From positions 1,984,001 through 2,048,000 of the forward strand of contig OZ252243.1 of assembly GCA_965249555.1 (NCBI GenBank): a stretch of DNA of 64,000 bases, read 5' to 3'. The notes below the pieces were generated by a model that had not been told where the DNA came from, did not search any database, and worked only from the letters and a program-made list of their open reading frames with translations. A program made the translations under genes and the position numbers. This document shows positions 1 to 8,656 of this stretch, piece by piece. Source of the stretch: Nitrosopumilus sp. GTDB taxonomy: Archaea; Thermoproteota; Nitrososphaeria; Nitrososphaerales; Nitrosopumilaceae. Position 1 is the first letter of the stretch. The number at the start of each line of letters is the position of its first letter.

Positions 1-132
1 TGGGAAGATGTAGAACTAATTGAACACCAAAAATATCACAAATCACTAGAAAATGAAAACTGTTCTTGGCTAGGTTTTGCTGTATCACAATCTTCTGGCA
101 AGTTTAGTGGTCGTGATGGAAAAAGAACTTAA
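1..132 (+). CDS. 3' end of a hypothetical protein (runs off window start)
   Basis: Frame 1 is open from base 1 (WEDVELIEHQK...GRDGKRT) to TAA at 130-132. Confidence 0.6.
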   Translation, partial: WEDVELIEHQKYHKSLENENCSWLGFAVSQSSGKFSGRDGKRT

Positions 133-305
133 TTGCGATCAAATCATGCTTAATTTTTTACTAGTTTTGTAACCTGTTTTATTGAATATATTGGGAGAAA
201 ATATGTGCTAAAAATGTGCATATACGAAGACTTGAGATTTAATGTACATATAACACCCAATTGAAAATCTCAATAATTTTATTCTCATGATAAACATGTA
301 GAATC

Positions 306-842
306 ATGAGTAAAGATAATACTCTGGTTTGGTCAAATGACTCTTTTCTGAGATGGTCAGATTTTAACGCAGAATCCAATACTGCAGTATTTGAGGACTC
401 TCATAGTGTTATCAAATATCGTTATACATGGACAGTAAATTCTGATGAAATAGAACATCAAATTATATTTTTTATTGAGAATATCCAACTTTCTGTTGAA
501 TTCCATCATGTCTTATCTTGGGTTAGATTATCACAAGCTACTGATGCTTTACTAAAACATGAACAAGGACATTTTGATCTGGCCGAATTGATAAAACGTG
601 AAAATCTTGAAAAATTAAAAAACAAATTTTATGAGAAACAATTTCCTACAAGAGGTAAAAATAAAGACCAAAGAAAACAGTTAGCAAAAGAAGATTCTGG
701 TAAAATGATTGCAGCTGAAGTTGAACGACTTGAAGTTATTTTATCTCAAAGACGTCATGAATATGACGAACAAACAAATTTTGGTCAAAATTTAGGAAAA
801 CAATCCGAGTATAACTCTATATTTGATAAATTGAGATTATAG
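306..842 (+). CDS. DUF922-like putative Zn-dependent protease
   Basis: LRWSDF near N-terminus, HExxH motif LLKHEQGHFD, C-terminal YDEQTNFG. Confidence 0.75.
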   Translation: MSKDNTLVWSNDSFLRWSDFNAESNTAVFEDSHSVIKYRYTWTVNSDEIEHQIIFFIENIQLSVEFHHVLSWVRLSQATDALLKHEQGHFDLAELIKRENLEKLKNKFYEKQFPTRGKNKDQRKQLAKEDSGKMIAAEVERLEVILSQRRHEYDEQTNFGQNLGKQSEYNSIFDKLRL

Positions 843-860
843 TTTTTCATATAGTGTAGA

Positions 861-1121
861 TTATCTTCCAATAATTTTATTTTCTGGAATTGAATTAATG
901 TAATTTACTAGACTTCTATAATATTTTAAATGAAAATCTAAATCTCTAATTTCTGTTTGTTTTAACTCTTCAAGCTCTGGGCCAAAATCTCTTTTGTTTG
1001 TTTGAATGTGATTTAGTGTGTCTTCATTTATCTCAATCATATGAAAAAGACTGTGAAGTACTTCTCCTTTTGTGAGTGTTTTATCACATGATTTTTTTAG
1101 TAATGTCTCAACCCAATCCAT
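861..1121 (-). CDS. Hypothetical protein
   Basis: 86-aa ORF with ATG start and protein-like composition. Confidence 0.6.
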   Translation of the reverse strand: MDWVETLLKKSCDKTLTKGEVLHSLFHMIEINEDTLNHIQTNKRDFGPELEELKQTEIRDLDFHLKYYRSLVNYINSIPENKIIGR

Positions 1122-1226
1122 ATTAATTTAGGACAAAATTGTTATATCCACTTCTAAATGTGAAATTTTCGACCTTTACTCTAATTTTCTTTAGTATTTT
1201 TAATTGATAATAATTTTACAGAATAA

Positions 1227-1358
1227 TCAATTCTCTTTTTCTTTCTTTTTTCTTTCTGTTATTTCCTTGTTTCTTTCCATATCTGAATGGACTTCAACGT
1301 GCTCAAAGAGTTGTTCTTTTGTATCAAACATTTGTTCACAATAGTAGCATTGATGCAT
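1227..1358 (-). CDS. C2H2 zinc-finger microprotein (43 aa, not in ORF track)
   Basis: Manual translation MHQCYYCEQMFDTKEQLFEHVEVHSD...KEN* fits C-x2-C-x3-F-x5-L-x2-H-x3-H. Confidence 0.75.
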   Translation of the reverse strand: MHQCYYCEQMFDTKEQLFEHVEVHSDMERNKEITERKKKEKEN

Positions 1359-1481
1359 TGCGTAATTACGTTAATCTTGAATTAATTGTTTTCTGCCTCA
1401 AATTCACGGTTTCTTCCTGAAAATTGGTTTTTGAGGAATTTTTGTGTTTTTTAGTATATTTCAAATTAAGTGATGAATATT

Positions 1482-1799
1482 TCAGAGTGTCTCTAATTCA
1501 ATTTCAGAGTTACATGTTGGCAATTTGCCTGATTCATTTTTGAATTCTTCAATTAATTGTAGTTGACGCTCCTTTGGGTTTTCTGTAAATTCTCTTTGAT
1601 AGAATTGAGTTTTTTGTTTACATTCATTTTCTTCAAAATCATTATCAACATATTTTGTAAATGTCTTTTCTAGATTTTTTGTCTCTCCAATGAATATTGC
1701 CTCTTTGCTTCTATTATAGAATACATATACTCCTGGAACCGGCTTTACAAATTTGGCGCTATCAATCCAAACCCTCATTTTATCATCAAGTAATTCCAT
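1482..1799 (-). CDS. GIY-YIG nuclease-like protein
   Basis: PGVYVF...IFIGETKNL motif and C-terminal LPTCN. Confidence 0.7.
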   Translation of the reverse strand: MELLDDKMRVWIDSAKFVKPVPGVYVFYNRSKEAIFIGETKNLEKTFTKYVDNDFEENECKQKTQFYQREFTENPKERQLQLIEEFKNESGKLPTCNSEIELETL

Positions 1800-1898
1800 G
1801 ATCTGATATCATTTCACTACATATTAAACTAAATTATGAAAATTTTGAAATTACAATAACCTTCATGCTTTTAATATTAAGGAAATAGAGGAATAACC

Positions 1899-3578
1899 CT
1901 GTCCCTTTTAGAAAAATTTCCTGAGCACTATACTCCACGTGAAATCCAGAAAGAAATTCTAGCTGAAATTGAAGAAAAATTCAAATCTGGATATAAAAAA
2001 ATTATTTTATGTGCTCCAACTGGAGTTGGAAAATCTCTTGTTGGTGCAACTGTTTCAAGTTATTTTGATAGCTCCTTTACTGTAACTGCGTCAAAACATC
2101 TTCAGGATCAATATATCAAAGATATTCCATTTCTAAAACCAGTTAAAGGTAAACAGAATTTTCCCTGTCTAAAATTGATGTCTTCTGAGAAAGTTGATAA
2201 TGAAAGAAGAGCCATGAGGTGGGGTCTGACATGCGATAAAGGACAATGTCAAGAACGAGTAAGCAAAAATGGTAAAGAAGTCGTAGAGGTTTGTAAATTC
2301 AAGCCTACAATTAAACAAGTTAAAGACAACACTCAGGATTCACAGTCTTGCCATTATTATTTGCAAAAATATGATGCTCTTGTGTCGAAACATTCTCTGT
2401 GGAACTATCATGCATTTTTTCAAATTATGAAATTCAACAAGAAACTCTTTGCAGATTATCTTGATAGAAAAGTGTCTGTCTTTGATGAAGCGCATAAAAT
2501 TGAAGATCAAATAATACAATTTATCGGATTTGATATTTTTAGCGGACAAGTAGATGAATGTAATCTTAATTCTGACAAATATGATTTCACAGATTTAGAT
2601 TCCATGATTCAATTAACTGATGATATTGCTTATTCCTATGCAAAAAAAATTAAGGACATTAAGGAAAGTCCTGCGTTTGAAAGTAACCCTGATTATGAAT
2701 TAATTACAAGATTGGAGAGACGTTTTGATAAGGCTGCCCAAGCAAAAATTGACATCATGTCTGATAAAGACAATTTTGTGGTAAATGATCCTTTAAAAGA
2801 TTTGAATGGAAATTTTAGAACTATTTCTGTAAAGCCTATTGATGTTTCAAAATTTGCAAACACTTTCTTTGAAACTGAATATCAAATTTTTATGTCTGCT
2901 ACAATTGACAAATCAAGTTTTTGTGAAAATATGGGATTAGAAAAAGATGCTGTTGCATTTGTAGATAGCCAAAAATCCCCATTTCCAATTGAGCATAGAA
3001 CAATTGATCTTCTTAATATCAGGCGACTCAGCTATGGCTCTACTGAAGAAGATGAAGTTGAAGTAATCAAAACAATTGATAGAATTTTAGATGAGCATGC
3101 AAATGACAGGGGCTTGATATTGACATCCTCTATTCCAAGATGTCAAAAAATCATTCGATACCTTTCCCCAAAAAATACTAGAAGGATTAGAATTTGTCAT
3201 AGTAGGAACAAAGATGGAAAAACACAGGATGAAGTAATTTCAGAGCATGCAAATGATCCGACCGGTGTATTGCTATCTTCTTCACTTTGGGAAGGTGTTG
3301 ACCTAAAAGATGACTTGTCTAGATTTCAAATTATTGCAAAGGTTCCTTATCCTAATTATAAAGAAAAAAGAACCAAGGCAAAGATGAACAAATTCCCCTT
3401 ATGGTATACATCTCAAACCCTAACTAAATTACTACAGGGATTTGGTCGCTCAATTAGAAGCGAAGATGATTGGGCAAAGACTTACGTTCTTGATACTGCA
3501 GTGAACAATGTATTTTTCAAGGCTCAATCAATGATTCCAAAGGCATACTATGACGTTTTAGGAATAGAAGATCAATAG
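1899..3578 (+). CDS. Rad3/DinG/XPD-related SF2 helicase (probable CTG start)
   Basis: In-frame extension upstream of the 2175 ORF contains the Q-motif (PREIQ) and Walker A (APTGVGKS); DEAH box, Cys cluster, WEGVD and QGFGRSIRS motifs. Confidence 0.85.
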   Translation: MSLLEKFPEHYTPREIQKEILAEIEEKFKSGYKKIILCAPTGVGKSLVGATVSSYFDSSFTVTASKHLQDQYIKDIPFLKPVKGKQNFPCLKLMSSEKVDNERRAMRWGLTCDKGQCQERVSKNGKEVVEVCKFKPTIKQVKDNTQDSQSCHYYLQKYDALVSKHSLWNYHAFFQIMKFNKKLFADYLDRKVSVFDEAHKIEDQIIQFIGFDIFSGQVDECNLNSDKYDFTDLDSMIQLTDDIAYSYAKKIKDIKESPAFESNPDYELITRLERRFDKAAQAKIDIMSDKDNFVVNDPLKDLNGNFRTISVKPIDVSKFANTFFETEYQIFMSATIDKSSFCENMGLEKDAVAFVDSQKSPFPIEHRTIDLLNIRRLSYGSTEEDEVEVIKTIDRILDEHANDRGLILTSSIPRCQKIIRYLSPKNTRRIRICHSRNKDGKTQDEVISEHANDPTGVLLSSSLWEGVDLKDDLSRFQIIAKVPYPNYKEKRTKAKMNKFPLWYTSQTLTKLLQGFGRSIRSEDDWAKTYVLDTAVNNVFFKAQSMIPKAYYDVLGIEDQ

Positions 3579-3629
3579 TGATTATAAAATTAAAGAAGAA
3601 TTATGCGTATGTTGATTTACAGTAAGACA

Positions 3630-4277
3630 TTACTGAATAGTACCATTGATAACACAAAACTCCATATTCCAAAAGGTATACTGTACCCTAGTCTTGCTTC
3701 TTGCAACCCACATCCATCCATTCTTTCCATCAATTGAAAATCCTGTCTTATCGATTCCAAGAATCTTTTCAGTCACGATTTCACTGTGGATGTCATTGTA
3801 AAATGGCTCTAACATCACACTACCGAGGCGAAGAATGGCTTGTATGGTTGTATTGCTGACTTTTAATCCATATCTTTCATAGAGTGTGGTTCTGATGGTA
3901 TCGTATGGCATTCTCTTTGAGAACAGTGAGACGACCTCACGTATCACTGAACCATCAAAACATCCATGTGGTGGAAGGTTTCCTGTGGTTTGAAAATTAT
4001 CAGAACAGTTCATGCAGATGTATTGATACATGACATGCTCAGTTATACCGTAGGGTGTTGGTGGGGGAATCTTGACCATTATCCTTTTGCAGGTTTTGGT
4101 TTGATGAATATTTTCACTACTGCATTTAGGACATGCATCTGATCTGTGGTGTTTGGTGCTAGTTGGTCTGAATTTCTGTGTCTTGCCCCAGTGTCCTGCT
4201 ATTCTACCACGTCTTGATCTGCCTGGCTGCCTTTTTTGCTTTTTCATTCAATGGAATTTTTTGATGGCGAAGAGTGC
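3630..4277 (-). mobile_element. IS66-family transposase fragment (pseudogene)
   Basis: GHxGKT, CPKC...CMNC zinc finger, degenerate DET catalytic region (GIDKTG...GWMWV); truncated at both ends; near-identical to 59059-59304. Confidence 0.8.
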
Positions 4278-4432
4278 GATACATGCGTATAATGTATACC
4301 CTAGCTCAATGACAAAGTGGGCCATTGTAAAGAATAGTTGGAATAATAAAAGGTAAGAATACTAAAACAGGAATGATTATTGTTTTAATTATTTTTTCAT
4401 GATTAATTCCTATTTCTTTTTTAAAAAAAAGA

Positions 4433-4663
4433 TTAGGGGATTGGATCATCTGTCACATTAAAAGAACTTAATATTTTGTCTTTACTAAATTTTCCATAAA
4501 TATCCACACCAGTCATTTCTAAAGGATCGTTTACATCATATGGTATACTAGTATTTTTTTTTGTAATTTCATGTTCATATTGTATTTGGTATATTCCAAG
4601 TAATAATATTATAAAAATTACACATATAGTTAAAAATATAATATATTTTTTGTTATTATTCAA
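4433..4663 (-). CDS. Small membrane-anchored hypothetical protein
   Basis: N-terminal hydrophobic helix; overlaps the stop of the upstream protease. Confidence 0.55.
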   Translation of the reverse strand: MNNNKKYIIFLTICVIFIILLLGIYQIQYEHEITKKNTSIPYDVNDPLEMTGVDIYGKFSKDKILSSFNVTDDPIP

Positions 4664-6347
4664 TACCTAACCCGCTTACAACATAATCCCAATTTGAAAA
4701 TATATTATATCTTTTGAATTCCGTACAGTTTTGAGGATTATTAATAAAAATAGGTAATGGTTCTGTATCATCAAAGTTTGTAGAACATAATTTACCAACA
4801 TGTATACCATATAGATGTGTAGTGCCATCATCATTATATTGAATTATTGGTGCGCCACTATCACCAAAAATAGAGTCATAATCAGCAAGTGATTGATGTG
4901 TTAACATTTGTTTACTATCTCTAACTGTGACATCGTTATAACGCACAATACCATCTGAATTTGTATTAGCGCCAAGTATACTAATAGTGCTACCTATATC
5001 AGGTAACCCACCCTTACTACTAATATTAATTACAATATCATCATCTGTTTTTACTTGGTTTTCAGGTGATGTAATAGTATCAATTAATGGAATAAATCTA
5101 GCATCGAAACTTGATGTTTGATATGTATTCAAATATGTATGTGCAATAAAATGATTATTAACATAAGATGGCGTCGTATCATCTCCAACAAATGATAACA
5201 ATACAGAGGTTGTACTTTGCCCATCTAACGTGATATATTCATTAGGAATAGCATAAGCGCTTGAAGATAATTCAGGCGTCATAGCATGCCCAGATACAAT
5301 TAATCCATGTAATAATCCAGAAGGAGTGTTAAGAGATGCACCAATTGTAGCCGTGCTTAAAGTCGTATCGGCATAACTACCAGTACTATTAGTTTGGATA
5401 AAATGTAATCCAATATCACTACCACCATAAACTACACCATTTCCGATTGGATAATTATTATCTCTAAACAAACAGAGTAAACCATTTTCTCTAAGATCAT
5501 CAGATGTGGAATCCCCACATGTTGGTTCAGGATCTGGAGTTACTACCTCAAATCTTACAATAACATAAAATCTATCATAAGCAGGATTTCCAGCCGAATC
5601 ACTAGCACTACAAGTTACAGTTGTAGTTCCAACATTAAAGTTTGATCCACTTGCAGGAGTGCATGATACAGGCAATCCATAATCCGTTTCATCATATGCT
5701 GAAACTGAAAAAGTCACAGATGTACCACTAGTACTTGTTGCATCAACTGTGATATCATCAGGCACTGAAATTACAGGTGCAGTTCTATCAATTACAGGAC
5801 ACAAAACAGCGTTGCTTCTGAAATATTCAGTATAAACATATGTTTCATTATATTGAGCTTTTATCACAAATTCATAAGTAGATCCTCCAGTTGGATTTGC
5901 TAAGGTAAAACTAGTACCAGAATACACAGAGCCTTGATAACTTATAGAACCTCCATTCTCACTAGCGTACACTTTGTAACGCCTGATATCATCACATTCT
6001 TCCCACTCTGCAAGAATAGTACGATCACTTTGTAGTTCTGCAGATATTACTAGTGTACATTCCGATACGCCTCCTTCTCCACGAATTAATACATTATCAA
6101 TACCAACATCTTCGACACTTGAACTCTGCTCTGTTACAAATCTAACATTAAAACCACTTTGAAGATAACGTGATAAATCAACTATTTCATGATGCCATCT
6201 GTCGTCATCTCCAGCACCATGAGTCCATCTAAAAACTTCGGTGTGTCTTCCATTATTTCCTATCTCAACTGCCAAATACTCTCCTCTATCAAGTGAATTA
6301 TCAACAAATCTGTCAAACTCTAATGTTGCACTAGAGTATGAAACTGT
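4656..6347 (-). pseudogene. 5'-truncated secreted multidomain protein: FN3-like + HYR + trypsin-like (S1) serine protease
   Basis: HYR motif (DRTAPVISVPDDITV...GSNFNVGTTTVTCSASDSAGN); putative triad VSGHAM, FDARFI, GDSGAP; frame stays open upstream of 6275 to 6347 with no signal peptide. Confidence 0.7.
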
Positions 6348-6379
6348 TTAGTTTTAGAAATTTTCATAAAGAGAGAGAT

Positions 6380-6493
6380 TTAATTTATCTCCACACTTCT
6401 ATAGGTCATTGTACCTGCCTTGACATCATCATCATATTTTTTACATTTGGCAAGGTCCTCATCATTCCAATCCGGTGTGTCTTCTTTTGTCAT
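6380..6493 (-). CDS. Acidic 37-aa microprotein (not in ORF track)
   Basis: MTKEDTPDWNDEDLAKCKKYDDDVKAGTMTYRSVEIN*; TATA-like TATTTAA about 25-30 nt upstream. Confidence 0.45.
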   Translation of the reverse strand: MTKEDTPDWNDEDLAKCKKYDDDVKAGTMTYRSVEIN

Positions 6494-6590
6494 ACTCTAA
6501 TTAACATTGAACTAGTTGTTAAATATTTTTTGATTTGGTTCTGGCAAGTTATAGGGACCCAGACTAGACCTGAAATATGGATCCATAGAA

Positions 6591-6830
6591 TCATTTATTA
6601 TTTTTAACAAGATCATAATACGTTCTAAAACCATTATACACATGAAACTTGCAAAGTCTGCCTGCCCTCTCTCCCAATACTAAACTCAGAGATCTGTCAA
6701 AATGAATACATTCGTCAATATGGCATCCGCATCTTTTATTTCTGTTAAAATAATCCCTAAAATTATCAAAATCATTTTCCAGGTTTTCAGCTTCTTGTAG
6801 CCATTTTTTGTGCATCAGTTCTGTCTCCAT
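6591..6830 (-). CDS. Hypothetical Cys/His-containing protein (likely start METELM)
   Basis: C-terminal part of the 6591..6935 ORF; CGCHIDEC...LCKFH pattern. Confidence 0.4.
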   Translation of the reverse strand: METELMHKKWLQEAENLENDFDNFRDYFNRNKRCGCHIDECIHFDRSLSLVLGERAGRLCKFHVYNGFRTYYDLVKNNK

Positions 6831-6864
6831 ACTATCAATAGGTGTAAAGTTTAGGGGCCTGGCA

Positions 6865-7266
6865 TTATTTTCTCCCAATCTTACCCCGGATAAACCGGTA
6901 CATCTTCTCTGCTGATTTTTTTGGTATTGCATCAATTGTACCGTTTGTGTTTCTTCCCCAGAAGATGTGGTTCCTCTCGCTCTTTGACATTTCCGTCATT
7001 CCCCTCACAAAGAAGACCAGCGATGATGAGAACAGTCCCTTCTCCAGTCTGATGTTTGTGATGGTATTGTAATAGTACTCTTCAATGTTTTCCCCAAAGC
7101 CCAGCCGTATCAGGTTTCGGATAATTACCCTCTTTTCTGTAAGATATACGGTGTTTGGGTTGATTAGTGCCGCACCACCGGGCAGTACCCTTGACTGTCT
7201 TGCAGACATTATTACAGTCTCATCAGAATCCAGCCGGTCTCTGATCTTTTCTACCTCTGAGCTCAT
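6865..7266 (-). CDS. Bacterial-type PH domain protein
   Basis: VYLTEKRVII...YNTITNIRLEKGLFSSSL typical of bPH domains; visibly higher GC than flanks. Confidence 0.75.
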   Translation of the reverse strand: MSSEVEKIRDRLDSDETVIMSARQSRVLPGGAALINPNTVYLTEKRVIIRNLIRLGFGENIEEYYYNTITNIRLEKGLFSSSLVFFVRGMTEMSKSERNHIFWGRNTNGTIDAIPKKSAEKMYRFIRGKIGRK

Positions 7267-7308
7267 GATGTACCCTGTATGTTTTGCATAAAAGGTATGT
7301 CTTGCAGT

Positions 7309-7461
7309 TTAGGGCAGCACACCAGATATGAGATCCTGGATTATCTTCGATACCCCAAGCAGCGCATCATGTAACATGTCATATGATATGGCAAATACTC
7401 CCGTATACCACAGGACTATCACTATACCAAGAAACACACAGAGCTTGAGAATCCCCCACAT
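7309..7461 (-). CDS. 50-aa membrane microprotein (not in ORF track)
   Basis: MWGILKLCVFLGIVIVLWYTGVFAISYDMLHDALLGVSKIIQDLISGVLP*. Confidence 0.55.
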   Translation of the reverse strand: MWGILKLCVFLGIVIVLWYTGVFAISYDMLHDALLGVSKIIQDLISGVLP

Positions 7462-7600
7462 GGATACATACTAATATTTGACAAAAACTAATTATGGTTA
7501 TGGATAAATCAAAAAAAGGTAATCTAAAAGAAACTTTTGCATGCACATTCCCTTATACTGCAACTAAAGACTCTAAACCTAGAATTGATATTAAATATTC

Positions 7601-8237
7601 TTAAATTTCATTTATTATTTTAGATTTAGATGTTTCCATGTTAGATAATATTTCTTTTTGTATTTTTGTTAGTTGTATCCAAACATCTATTATTAGATCA
7701 AAATATCTTTTTGTACCTAACTCTATTTCTTGTTGTTTTGAAAATAATACTATGTCTTGACTTTTCTCCATATTCTTGTTATTTAATCTCATTCTAAGAT
7801 AAAGTTCATTCAATACTTTCTGTAAGTCTTTAGAAAATAAAGTATAATGCCCTCCCTGAATTGAGCTTTGAAAACCTGCATATCCAACAAATATAGGATA
7901 AAATTTTATTTCTTTACCATTATCATAAGTGTATTCTATGGCATTATCTTCCACATTACCTTTCAAGTCCTGCTCTAATTCTTCTATTTCTTGTAAGATA
8001 GAATGTCCTGCATTTTTGCGATTTGTTTTTTTTATCATAACTTCTTTTAATAAAAAATGCTATTGGTGATCCAATTACAGAACCTATAACCGTAAAATTA
8101 GTAATTATTTCTAATGTTTGATAATCAAAATTCATAATAGAAACCTTATTTATATTTGATAGATCAACCAATAAACACAGTATTAAACCAATTATTAATA
8201 ATGCAAATATTCCAATTTTACTATTTGAATCCAACAA
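7601..8237 (-). pseudogene. Membrane protein frameshifted in an A8 run (ORFs 7956..8237 + 7601..8038)
   Basis: Removing one base from the T8 run at 8026-8033 joins ...IKRSYDKK to TNRKNAGHSILQE... Confidence 0.6.
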
Positions 8238-8280
8238 AGTTTTAGAGGGTGTTTTTTAATTATACTATTTTGAATAATTG

Positions 8281-8402
8281 CGGGGTTTTTGTTTGTTTTG
8301 TAATCATTACAATGAACAAAACATGATGAGATCCTTTGCTTTTTCTATTTGAATAATTTGAGAAATCGGTTAAAAATTAGAATGGATTATGCCCATGTCT
8401 CA
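8281..8402 (-). mobile_element. Solo left end of the IS at 60661-61795
   Basis: About 120 bp near-identical reverse complement of 60661-60781, including TIR TGAGACATGGGCATAAT. Confidence 0.9.
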
Positions 8403-8438
8403 GATATATTTTTAGATTAAGAGTTTAGAATCTAGTTT

Positions 8439-8531
8439 ATGGAAGAAGGACAAATTATTATTCCAATATTGATAGTTCTTGCCGTAGGAATTTTCATAGG
8501 ATCTAGAATATGGATTATGTTTAGAAGATAG
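8439..8531 (+). CDS. 30-aa single-TM microprotein (not in ORF track)
   Basis: MEEGQIIIPILIVLAVGIFIGSRIWIMFRR*. Confidence 0.5.
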   Translation: MEEGQIIIPILIVLAVGIFIGSRIWIMFRR

Positions 8532-8656
8532 TGTTTAGAATGAATCTTTAGTAGATAACAGAAATTTAATTTTGATAATGTTAATTTTTCTGCCTGTTAT
8601 CTCTATGAATTAGTTATAATTGCGATCTATAAAGATTGTGGACAAATTGTTCATCA

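Noticed and set aside
6340-7470. Classical integron cassette array or dif/Xer sites
   Set aside because: No paired RYYYAAC/GTTRRRY attC hairpins, no second Xer arm after a 6-bp spacer and no integrase nearby; kept only as an unexplained motif
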